From positions 19,838 to 83,837 of IMG/VR virus record IMGVR_UViG_3300012940_000024: 64,000 nucleotides of DNA. One strand, given 5' to 3'. This document shows, in pieces, positions 31,029-40,236 of this stretch (position 1 is the stretch's first letter; each line of letters starts with the position of its first letter). Origin of the DNA: a virus. Lineage: Duplodnaviria > Caudoviricetes. Below the pieces are notes generated by a model that saw only the letters and a program-made list of their open reading frames with translations, did no database searches and was not told where the DNA came from. The position numbers and the translations under genes are program-made.

Positions 31029-31871
31029 TTACTGAATAATATTTCCTCCACCGATAAAACGATATTCTAAATGAGAACCTTTGATTGTATCAAAGCGTAC
31101 TCCACCAGTTTTTTGAGAAGCTGTGTGAAGTAAAATACCATTTCCCACATAGATACCGTTGTGTGCAACAGGTTGTGCTTTCACATTAATTCCTTTATAA
31201 TCTTCCGGTTTCCAGCCTTTATAAGACATAAAAAATAAAACATCACCACGTTTAGCTTGATTTAAATCAGTGTAATGACGTTTTGAGAATTTTTTCACAT
31301 ATTCATATTGGCTTGCAGAAGTTTTAGGTAAATCCATACCTACTGTCCATAAATGTACCCAACGAACAAAATCAGAACAATCAAAAGTAACATCTGTATT
31401 CCGGTCTGATCCATATTCATAAGGAGTGCCATAGTAATCCCAAGCTTTTCCGACAACATTATTGACATAATCGCCATTAATCGGTTTTACTTTCGGATTC
31501 ACAAATACTTGATGTATTTCTGGAGATTGCCAAGTATGATGAACATTCATTGGTTTGTAATCCTTATTTACATTTCCAACTTTCTTCATCATTTTTAAAT
31601 CAAAATTACTAGGAGGGTTTTGTACTTCTTTAATCATCTTATCTAAACCAGTATCACCAACTCTTAGCAATTCATCATTTTCTATTAATGCTGGATCATT
31701 CAATTTATTATCTTTCATAGCATTTAATTCTTTTTCAGTGGGAAAAGCATATCCATCTATATGCTTATTCATTTCTGATTGCGTTTGCTCATTTACAATA
31801 TTACCGTTTTTTGAAAAGCAACCAGCCAAAAAAAAACTTGCTATCAAAAGAGATACAATCACTTTCTTCAC
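31029..31871 (-). CDS. NlpC/P60-family lipoprotein peptidoglycan peptidase
   Basis: Lipobox FFLAG-C. FDCSDFV, GDVLFF and HNGIYVGNG..LH catalytic motifs. Confidence 0.85.
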   Translation of the reverse strand: MKKVIVSLLIASFFLAGCFSKNGNIVNEQTQSEMNKHIDGYAFPTEKELNAMKDNKLNDPALIENDELLRVGDTGLDKMIKEVQNPPSNFDLKMMKKVGNVNKDYKPMNVHHTWQSPEIHQVFVNPKVKPINGDYVNNVVGKAWDYYGTPYEYGSDRNTDVTFDCSDFVRWVHLWTVGMDLPKTSASQYEYVKKFSKRHYTDLNQAKRGDVLFFMSYKGWKPEDYKGINVKAQPVAHNGIYVGNGILLHTASQKTGGVRFDTIKGSHLEYRFIGGGNIIQ

Positions 31872-31875
31872 ATTC

Positions 31876-33159
31876 TCACCTCACAATATGTTGCAAAGAT
31901 AGTCGTATTGGTTGTATTTCTCCTTTTTCATCTACAATAAGCAAGCATTGAGAAGCATCCGTATTCGTTTTTAATCTTTTACTGAAAGAATTTCTTCCCA
32001 TTAATGATCCAACGTAAATCTCTAGTGTACCAAAGTCTCTTTCAATGACTTCATGATGATGATAATGCCCCATAATCAAAGCTTTATATAATTTCTTATC
32101 AGCCTGACTATATCTTTGGATTTTATTTTTATCCTTCCGGTTTTCATTATCACCATGAACAAATTTGAGTAATGAATTATTTACTTCTAATTCATAAGAT
32201 AGATTGGACTGATCCGTTGAATCATAAGTCAAACGTGGTATTTTTGATAATGAAATAAATAATTGGATTATATAATTAACCACGTTCATAGCAGTATCAT
32301 CTAAAATATTATCTGCTTTTTGTCCATTCATGCGGTCATGATTTCCACCAATACCAGCAACCGTAACATTTAAATATTGTGCTAAAGATGTGTATAAATG
32401 AATTAATAATTCACTAGCTTTTACTATTTGTTCGGAAAAATTAAATTCACATTCAAAAGCTTGATTGACATTTCTCATAAATACTTGTTCACAAATATCT
32501 CCTAAACAAACAACTCTTAGATCTGTAATTTCATAAATATTACAGTAATCCAATGTTTGTACGATCAATTCATCTATTCTCTTTTTTGCAATGGAGTAAT
32601 TGTAATTATTTCCAGCAACTTCTTTGACCGTTGCCCCGATATGAAAATCAGTTACAACTAATATCCCAACTTTTTTACTAGGTGCGAATTTAGGCTGATA
32701 CATGAATTTAGGAATATCAATAGTAAAATAATCAAGAAAAGTATCCCTGATCTGTTCAGTGATAATTCCATATTTAGAAATTTCACGTTTCAATTTATTT
32801 AACTCTAAAATTTTTTGGTGAACTTCTTCTTTTTGCTGATACAATTCACCAATTTCTTTTTGAATGACAGGAAGATCAATTTGGGAATGAATATCTGATT
32901 TTTTGCTATATCTAGTCAATTTACCGATTTTCTTTTGGTAATATTTAACTAAACAACGGTAGCTTTCATTTGAATCAGAATCATGAAAACCCATTTCCTC
33001 CATCAGATTTTTATGTTTTTTCCAATTGACTCTCCGAGAAGGAGATTCTTCTTGTAATTGTATTTTCAATTCAACAGCAGTTAATAAATGTTCTTCCGTA
33101 ACTTCCACAACTTCATTTTTACTATTGGTATAAGAGTGAAGATTTTCCATATTAATCAC
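31876..33159 (-). CDS. Metallophosphoesterase-domain protein (SPbeta YonJ-like)
   Basis: TDFHIG, LGDI, GNHD, FVHGD and GHYHH motifs. Confidence 0.85.
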   Translation of the reverse strand: MINMENLHSYTNSKNEVVEVTEEHLLTAVELKIQLQEESPSRRVNWKKHKNLMEEMGFHDSDSNESYRCLVKYYQKKIGKLTRYSKKSDIHSQIDLPVIQKEIGELYQQKEEVHQKILELNKLKREISKYGIITEQIRDTFLDYFTIDIPKFMYQPKFAPSKKVGILVVTDFHIGATVKEVAGNNYNYSIAKKRIDELIVQTLDYCNIYEITDLRVVCLGDICEQVFMRNVNQAFECEFNFSEQIVKASELLIHLYTSLAQYLNVTVAGIGGNHDRMNGQKADNILDDTAMNVVNYIIQLFISLSKIPRLTYDSTDQSNLSYELEVNNSLLKFVHGDNENRKDKNKIQRYSQADKKLYKALIMGHYHHHEVIERDFGTLEIYVGSLMGRNSFSKRLKTNTDASQCLLIVDEKGEIQPIRLSLQHIVR

Positions 33160-33352
33160 TTGGTAATTCGGTAGTTTCTCTTATCGAAATTACAACATCT
33201 TTGCCATCGAATTGTTTTACAATAGAGTCAAATGGATATACATGTATCTCAGGATCTTTATTTTTTTTCTCAATAATTTCTGTTACTGTTCCTGCTTTTT
33301 GATCAAAATATCCATGTAAAATGACACTATTATTTTTCTTTGACTTTGCCAT
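33152..33352 (-). CDS. YonK-like small protein
   Basis: MAKSKKNNSVILHG...FDGKDVVISIRE, upstream of the YonJ-like gene as in SPbeta. Confidence 0.65.
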   Translation of the reverse strand: MAKSKKNNSVILHGYFDQKAGTVTEIIEKKNKDPEIHVYPFDSIVKQFDGKDVVISIRETTELPSD

Positions 33353-33472
33353 TTTAAATTCTCCTTTTACACCATATTTAGCTATTTGTATAAAATAAAA
33401 AACCGCCTTAGTTAATAAGACGATTTTTTATTATTTATCTTTCATTTGTGATGCTGGAATTAAAGCTTTTAC

Positions 33473-33835
33473 TTATTCATCTAATTCTCCATCTACTTCG
33501 TCATGATAATATTGTTGTGTAGTACCGAATGAAGCAGGATCGGCAGAAATAGAATTATTTACATTATCATGATATTCAGCATTTGCATTGGCATTTGCAT
33601 AAGATTGTGTATTTAATTCTGCGGTATTCATATAACTTTCAGAAGCAAATTCAGTATCTTGTGCTTGCTGATTTTCACGCTTAATAGAATCGCTTAAACT
33701 TTTTAAGTTAGCGGAAATATTTTTTTGAGTTTGAAGAAGAATTTGGTATTGAGATTTACGACTTGCATTGCTTTCTTTTTGGATTGCAGACTCAATTTCT
33801 TTTACCAATTCTTCTGATTTAGTGTACATGTGCAT
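33473..33835 (-). CDS. N/Q/A-rich small protein with a gamma-SASP-like TEFASE motif
   Basis: RENQQAQDTEFASES. Strong GGAGG RBS. Confidence 0.6.
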   Translation of the reverse strand: MHMYTKSEELVKEIESAIQKESNASRKSQYQILLQTQKNISANLKSLSDSIKRENQQAQDTEFASESYMNTAELNTQSYANANANAEYHDNVNNSISADPASFGTTQQYYHDEVDGELDE

Positions 33836-33885
33836 AACTAATTCCTCCTAATAATTGATTAAGTGAGTGAAACAATGAATTTACT

Positions 33886-34047
33886 TTAAGTATTTTGTTG
33901 CGGTTTTAACCGTTCGCTAATGTTTTGCTGTTCCTGTGCCAATTGTTCAAACTTTGTTCTTTCTTCACTTGGGGGAAGTTCATTAGCATGAGAACGCAAA
34001 TAGTTTGTTAACATGGCACTAGTATTATACAGTTGAGTTAAATCCAT
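33886..34047 (-). CDS. Small hypothetical protein (53 aa), below the ORF track cut-off
   Basis: AGGAGGTGA RBS then ATG. Reads MDLTQLYNTSAMLTNYLRSHANELPPSEERTKFEQLAQEQQNISERLKPQQNT. Confidence 0.65.
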   Translation of the reverse strand: MDLTQLYNTSAMLTNYLRSHANELPPSEERTKFEQLAQEQQNISERLKPQQNT

Positions 34048-34109
34048 TGTTTTCACCTCCTGTCTACTGGTTCAAAGGTAGTTTAACCAATAATTAGGAA
34101 ATAATACCG

Positions 34110-34385
34110 TTATTTAACTGCTTCTTTTAATTTCTTACCAACAGACACACGTACTTGATTATGAGTAGGAATGACTACATTTTCACCAGTTTGAGGATTT
34201 CTACCCATACGCTCTTGAACTTCTTTGATTTTCACTTTTAAATATCCAGTAATATTTACATCTTCACCAGCAGTTACACAATCAGTTAAATGCTCTAATA
34301 CATGCTTTAACTCATTTGTCGCTTGCTTTTTAGAAATTCCAAATTTTTCTGCCATTCCATCAATAAATTCTTTACGATTTACCAT
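34110..34385 (-). CDS. hup: HU-family histone-like DNA-binding protein
   Basis: GRNPQTGE motif, 91 aa. SPbeta yonN position. Confidence 0.95.
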   Translation of the reverse strand: MVNRKEFIDGMAEKFGISKKQATNELKHVLEHLTDCVTAGEDVNITGYLKVKIKEVQERMGRNPQTGENVVIPTHNQVRVSVGKKLKEAVK

Positions 34386-34516
34386 ATAAATTACGCTCCT
34401 TGTTATCTTTTCTATTTTTATTTAGGTTTTCACCTATGTAGCAATTTTGGTATAATTGCTCTCAATCCTTACTATCCTTATTTTTAGAATAATTTAGAAT
34501 AATCGAAATATTAAAA

Positions 34517-35635
34517 TTACTTTTTCTTTCTTCTACATTCTTTACAGATAGGAAATAAGCCATCTTTGCGAGTTGTATCTTTCGTAAAATATTTTTTTGT
34601 CGCTAACCTATTTTGAAAACAGCTAGAACACTGTTTGTAAGTTCCTTTTTTAAGAAAGGTAAAGATCCACTCTTCATAATCCTTTTTATATTGCTCTACG
34701 ATAAGAGTAGGGATCACCTGTGTAGTTAATTGTGTTAATCGAACAGGTGAAATCTTTATTTTAAAATCCTCCGAAATCACATTGATAATTTCCCTTTGAG
34801 AATATCCATTGACTTTTAAATGAAAGATCTTATTTAAAATTGGTTCATTAATTGATTTATTTACAAGTTCATCAAATACAAACAATAAAAATTTAAAATC
34901 ATTTTCAGTTTGATTTAAGACGTTCTTTTTAATCATCTGATAATTGTCGAATAATGTTTTGACATGGGTAATGTTAGAAAAAGAAAAATGATTTAAATTA
35001 TAAAAGGGAGGGGTAGGTTGGATGTTTTTGAAGGTTATATATTTTTTTAATTGTTCTTTTATAGCCACTTCATCTTTTCCAATTTCAATTAAATACCATT
35101 TTAATTTTCTTAAACGTTCATTTGAAATAGAATTTCCGTTGCAATCGACTTTTGAAATAATTTGTTTCTTTAAATGTTGAATTAAATTTCCGGTATCAGC
35201 CAGTTCTTTATATTGTTTACGATCTTCATCTGTCACTTTTATTGAGCCATAAATCTTAACATTTTTTACATACTCTCTTCTTTTTTCATCAACAAAAGTA
35301 AAATTATCGGTTAAGTATTCTTTTTTTTTACGATTATTCTTCATACGCTGGTTTAATACTTTTTCATGCTTTATCTTTTCACGCTGTTCTTTATTATCCA
35401 TATATAGGAGATAATCAGCGACCTTTTCTAAATCCTTACAAACGTAATCAAATTCAGAAGTTTTATCCGATTGATTTAAATTGACTTTCTGATAATTCTC
35501 ATAATAGTCAACTAAATCATTGTCATATTTTCTTAGCAATTCATTTACTTTTGCTTTTCTTTCTTCTAATGAAATTAAAGAATAATCTAATTCATTACTT
35601 AATGAAAAACCCATTACAACACCTACTATAAGCAA
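34517..35635 (-). CDS. Conserved phage protein with a C-terminal Cys4 zinc finger (start may be ATG 35614)
   Basis: CSSC...FTKDTTRKDG...CKEC, preceded by a possible helix-turn-helix region. Confidence 0.7.
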   Translation of the reverse strand: MLIVGVVMGFSLSNELDYSLISLEERKAKVNELLRKYDNDLVDYYENYQKVNLNQSDKTSEFDYVCKDLEKVADYLLYMDNKEQREKIKHEKVLNQRMKNNRKKKEYLTDNFTFVDEKRREYVKNVKIYGSIKVTDEDRKQYKELADTGNLIQHLKKQIISKVDCNGNSISNERLRKLKWYLIEIGKDEVAIKEQLKKYITFKNIQPTPPFYNLNHFSFSNITHVKTLFDNYQMIKKNVLNQTENDFKFLLFVFDELVNKSINEPILNKIFHLKVNGYSQREIINVISEDFKIKISPVRLTQLTTQVIPTLIVEQYKKDYEEWIFTFLKKGTYKQCSSCFQNRLATKKYFTKDTTRKDGLFPICKECRRKKK

Positions 35636-35662
35636 TATTTAGTTATTTGTAGGGAACTTCAT

Positions 35663-37885
35663 TTATAAATGAAGTTCCGATAATAACTGTGGTAAAAATG
35701 TATTTCTAATAGAACTTTTATCCGTTTTAATGGCTTGAATTAAAGCCTTTAATTCACATACTAAAAAACAATGGTGGATGCTTCTTGTTAAAGCAGTATA
35801 TATTAATTGTCTTGATAACATAATGTAAGAAGAATAATCTAAAGCGACAATACAATTTTCAAATTGTGAGCCTTGTGTTCGGTGAACAGTTAAGGCATAA
35901 CTTAATTCAATATCATTTAATTTAGAAAATGGAATTTCCACTTTCCCAACTGTCTCAAAATGGATGGTCATTTTTTCATTGGCTTCATCAATTTTTTCAA
36001 TGATGCCAATCGTTCCATTTAATACTCCTATATTATAGTTATTCCCATTATGAATAACTTTATCCTTTTCTCGATATTCAAATTTCCCTTTTTTAATTTT
36101 CTTTTGAGTGGGGGATGAAGGATTAAATATTTCTTGTAATAATTGATTTAATTCATAAGTGCAAAGTTTTCCACGCTTTTTCATGGGGGTAATAACTTGA
36201 AATTTTAATATATCTTTGTTTTTCTCTTTATATATTTTCGCAATATTTAGAACTTTTTTCAAAACATGATCGGGTTCAGAAAAAGGATAATAATGCAGAT
36301 CCTTTATTTCACCTAAATCAAGCTTTTCATATCTGTTTGATTTAAAGCTAGATATTCCTTCTCTAATTTCATTCGCATAGCTTAATATCCCACTTTTCTT
36401 AGCTTGTCTATGAACAGCAGTCAATTCAACTCTTGTGACTTTGTTATTTTTGCACAGATCGTAAAAGACATTTCCCACTCCAATAGGTTCTAATTGACTG
36501 TAATCACCAGTAATCACCACTTTTGTTCCATTTTTTAATGCTTCTAAAATTTTAGCAAATAAGATAGCATTTATCATACTTGCTTCATCTATAATGAGTA
36601 AATCAACATCAACAGGATTTTTTCTATTATGTATAAAGCGTTTAAAGTTTTTTGGATCTGTTCCAAGAAACTTATGAATAGTAGAAGAGTCCAGTCCGGT
36701 ACTTTCTTTAATACGTTGACTTGCTTTCCCACTCAAAGCAATGGTTTGATAGGTGTAATTTTCACCAGTGCTTTCTAATATCTTTACAATCCCTTTAATA
36801 ATAGAAGTTTTTCCTGTTCCAGCTTTCCCGTTAATTAATAGAACGTTTGTTTCTAGTGCTAAAAAAATGGCTTCACGCTGTTCTCCTGTAAAATCGAATC
36901 CCTGTTCAATTTCAATTTTGATTAGCTTTTCTTCTAATTGATTGACCTTTAATTCATACGAATGATCCATTAGCCTTTTAATATCTTTAGCTATTGCAAC
37001 TTCATTTAAATAATATTGCTTCAATGCAAAACGAGTTTCTTCTATATAAATGTCGCTTATTTCTTTCTCTTTAATGGAAGTGAGAAATTTTTCTATAAGA
37101 AATGATTTTATTTTTAAATAATCCTTCATATATATTGTTACATCTTTTTCTTCCACATAAACATGCCCATTATTCGCCTGTTCAGATAAAACATATTTTA
37201 AACAAGCCATTAACCGATAAGAAGAGTCTTTTTTTATTCCTTTTGTTAATGCTATGGTATCAGCTTGTCTAAATCCGATTCCTTCTACTTCATCAGCAAG
37301 AATATAAGGATTTTCTTTTATTTTATCTAATAACAATTGTGGAGAAGAATAATGCTCAGATAATTTACGGATCTTATTATGGGTAAGTCCATATTCCTGT
37401 AAAGTTGCATAAACATTTTGGAGATCCTTGTTTTCCATAATTTTCTCTTTTATTCGCTGGTATGTTGTATAGCCTATTCCCTTTATTTTTGAATAATCAA
37501 ATTTGTCTTGCTCAATTAGTTCTATAATATTTTCTTTCGGATAAACTGTTAGAATAGAAGCTAATTGTTTTTCAGTGATAAAGGCTTTTAAAAATTTTTG
37601 CTGTTCCTCATGAGTGGATAATTTTTCTTCATATATATTGACAACTTCATATCCTAGACCGTACTTATCTTTTACTTCTTTTAATTTAGCAACATAGGTT
37701 TTAGTGTTTTCTAATTTTGGCATAATACCTTTTACCGTAAAGTTACCATAATTATTGTAAATCACTTTTTTGCTATCCGGATTTTCTTTTGCAATTTCAC
37801 AGGCAAAAACACCGTAATTAGAACTTGAATCATAGTACATATCTTTAACAGGCTTTAAATGAATTTGCAACATATAAACCTCCAA
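35663..37885 (-). CDS. recD2: RecD2-like SF1 helicase
   Basis: GKAGTGKTS Walker A, IIDEASM, GDYSQLEP, YALTVHRTQGSQF, IYTALTR. Confidence 0.92.
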   Translation of the reverse strand: MEVYMLQIHLKPVKDMYYDSSSNYGVFACEIAKENPDSKKVIYNNYGNFTVKGIMPKLENTKTYVAKLKEVKDKYGLGYEVVNIYEEKLSTHEEQQKFLKAFITEKQLASILTVYPKENIIELIEQDKFDYSKIKGIGYTTYQRIKEKIMENKDLQNVYATLQEYGLTHNKIRKLSEHYSSPQLLLDKIKENPYILADEVEGIGFRQADTIALTKGIKKDSSYRLMACLKYVLSEQANNGHVYVEEKDVTIYMKDYLKIKSFLIEKFLTSIKEKEISDIYIEETRFALKQYYLNEVAIAKDIKRLMDHSYELKVNQLEEKLIKIEIEQGFDFTGEQREAIFLALETNVLLINGKAGTGKTSIIKGIVKILESTGENYTYQTIALSGKASQRIKESTGLDSSTIHKFLGTDPKNFKRFIHNRKNPVDVDLLIIDEASMINAILFAKILEALKNGTKVVITGDYSQLEPIGVGNVFYDLCKNNKVTRVELTAVHRQAKKSGILSYANEIREGISSFKSNRYEKLDLGEIKDLHYYPFSEPDHVLKKVLNIAKIYKEKNKDILKFQVITPMKKRGKLCTYELNQLLQEIFNPSSPTQKKIKKGKFEYREKDKVIHNGNNYNIGVLNGTIGIIEKIDEANEKMTIHFETVGKVEIPFSKLNDIELSYALTVHRTQGSQFENCIVALDYSSYIMLSRQLIYTALTRSIHHCFLVCELKALIQAIKTDKSSIRNTFLPQLLSELHL

Positions 37886-37989
37886 GAAATTCTTGCTTGT
37901 CTTAAAAAAGTATGATAAATTTAATACATAATAAAAAGTATGAAATTTTTAAACACATTTTAATACTTTTAGTAAAGGAGATTATTTAC

Positions 37990-39197
37990 ATGAACAACTA
38001 TGAGCCTAACATTTTTGCTATTGATGATGGATATGGAGATACAGTGCGCCCATAAGGGTGATATAGAATTGCGTTTCTAGCAAAACGCTGGGTTCAACCC
38101 TAATTATAGCCCATTACCACCAAACTTATTCATGAGGGAAACCAAGTGAGGAGTGTAGCATGTTTGGAAAGCTATAAGTTGGCAAGTTACCATGCCACGA
38201 CTGAATAGCAAGGTAAAATGTTGTAAACGAGGTTAAAGGCTAAACTGCTTGAAGGATAGACCGAAGGGGGCTACCGTAACCAATGGCGGAAGGTAACTAT
38301 TAACGTCATTCAACTCATGGAGTTAATTATTTTGTGTCTAATTAACTCAAATAGATATGTAATAAATGAAAAGTATTACATATGATAGGGTCAGAGTTGA
38401 CTAAGCATAATCTATGTTAAAGGTCGAAAGTCCTAACCGACATTACAACAAGCTATTCTATATCATCTAAATGGGGATTGCCTGTATTAGCAGATGAAGA
38501 TCCGAAAAGACATAAATTGTTATATGATTTAATCGTTAAAACACATCATGTAAAAATTTCTGTCAACGGAAAAGAATTAGAAGAAAAAGAAATTACTGTA
38601 AAGAATTTGATTATTCGTAAACAACCATTCGGTTCTCTATGTGATGTTATTTTGGATAAGGATGGAAAAATTATTCATCAAGACATTGCAAAAGGATATA
38701 ATGTAATAGCTGATATTGGTGCAAGAACATTCAATTTATATACTTTAAATAAATTAAGACCAATAGCTGATAAAAGTACCTCTACACAACATGGAATGTA
38801 TTCAGCTTATCAAACAGTGAATAAATGGATAGAATCTAATTTAGGAAGTCCAATCCCTGACGGAAAAATTAAATCCTATATAGATGAAGGGAAGATTAAA
38901 GGATACTCACTTGCAAAAATTACTGAATTTGCATATCGTCAATTAGCTAATAGAATCAAAGGGGTTATTGAAAAAACATTTATTAATAATTGGGCAATGG
39001 TAGATCGTATTATTTTTACAGGTGGGGGAGCAACAGAAAAATTATTAAAACCGTATTTAGAAGAAGCATTTAAGGACAAGAAGGTGGAAATCATCTTTTT
39101 AGGAAGATATAATACGGTAAATGGATTAAGAAAATATGGGATGTTGGAATGGAGAAAAACAAATAAAATAAATAAAAGTGATGTGGTGAATCAGTGA
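37990..39197 (+). pseudogene. parM: ParM/StbA-family actin-like ATPase interrupted after codon 18 by a group II intron fragment, with ~80 codons apparently missing
   Basis: Exon 1 (37990-38043) reads MNNYEPNIFAIDDGYGDT after an AAAGGAG RBS. The distal part has GLP, KQPFG, ADIGARTFN, IIFTGGGA and NGL motifs. Confidence 0.8.
38044..38455 (+). mobile_element. 5' portion of a group II intron (domains I-II only, no RT ORF or DV/DVI seen)
   Basis: Begins GTGCG exactly at a codon boundary. Hairpin GAGTTAATTA-TTTTGTGTC-TAATTAACTC (38320-38348) has a loop TGTGTC that pairs with the last 6 exon nt GATACA (EBS1/IBS1, one G:U). The 3' boundary is approximate. Confidence 0.8.
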
Positions 39198-39574
39198 CAA
39201 CAATAAGGAAAACAATTTCTATCTCTAGCAAAGATAAAAAATTACAAGAAATTATTCAAAGCGTACCGAATTATGAAGTCTCTCATGTTATCCGGCAGTT
39301 AATGTATGATGGCATTAAATACCGTAAATTAGTTGAAAATGGAGTAATAAATGATGAAACTGTGGCATTTTTACTCAAAAATAGCGAAAAATCAGTAAAA
39401 AATAGCGAAAATATCGCAAAAATTGAACAAAATAAGCAAAAAATCACAAAAAATGAAGAAAAAATACAAGAAATTGAAGATTGTAGCGAAGAAATAGATA
39501 TAAATGATATAAAATTAGAAGAAATTGATGAAAATGATGAAGATCTTGAAAATTTATTGCTAAATAATGGCTAA
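39194..39574 (+). CDS. ParR-like DNA-binding adaptor (putative)
   Basis: Overlaps the parM stop. RHH-like N-terminus (RKTISISSKD) and an acidic tail. Confidence 0.6.
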   Translation: MTTIRKTISISSKDKKLQEIIQSVPNYEVSHVIRQLMYDGIKYRKLVENGVINDETVAFLLKNSEKSVKNSENIAKIEQNKQKITKNEEKIQEIEDCSEEIDINDIKLEEIDENDEDLENLLLNNG

Positions 39575-39596
39575 AATGCCATTATTTAGCAATTTT

Positions 39597-39998
39597 TTAT
39601 CTTTTTATAGGTATCTGCAATAATGTTTTCTTTACTTTTTCATAATAATCAACTGATTCATCTTGAAATGATATTTTTTGTTTTATTTCTCCATTGGCAT
39701 CTTTCACTACGAAAATCATACTGACTGTCACTTCATGTTTTTGATTCTGTTCCGGATGATTAATATGATTATTATGAAGTAGCCAATCAAGATTGATGTT
39801 ATGCTTTGCAACTAATTTAAAGAAGCCTTTTTCATTGTATATAGGCTTTTGTTTTCCTGTCTCATATTTGGAATACTGCCTGTATTCAATGTCGCAATCT
39901 TTTATAAATTCCCTTTGCGTTTGATTTTTTGATTTTCTAACTAAAGCTAATTTTTCCCCGACTTTTTTCATATTTATTTCCTTCCAATTTACCAGCAT
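39597..39998 (-). CDS. XRE-family HTH transcriptional regulator
   Basis: LALVRKSKNQTQREF...YSKYETGKQKP...NLDWLL. Confidence 0.85.
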   Translation of the reverse strand: MLVNWKEINMKKVGEKLALVRKSKNQTQREFIKDCDIEYRQYSKYETGKQKPIYNEKGFFKLVAKHNINLDWLLHNNHINHPEQNQKHEVTVSMIFVVKDANGEIKQKISFQDESVDYYEKVKKTLLQIPIKR

Positions 39999-40236
39999 CT
40001 ATTTTCACCTCTCCATTTTTATTCACCCAAAGTATAGATACTAAATTATTGTTTAATTTTCCACTAAAAAATATCTCCTTTCCCTTTCATTATTTATTTT
40101 ACAAGCATTGTAGCATTTTCCAATTCAAAAATCAAATACTCAAATAATTACTATTCGATAAATAAACATGGTTGCATTTTTTATAAAAACAAGGTACAAT
40201 ATACATATAATTAATTATATGTAAGGGGCAAACATC

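Noticed and set aside
38044-38480. Intact, splicing-competent group II intron
   Set aside because: No domain V/VI or RT ORF was found, and downstream ParM codons are missing.
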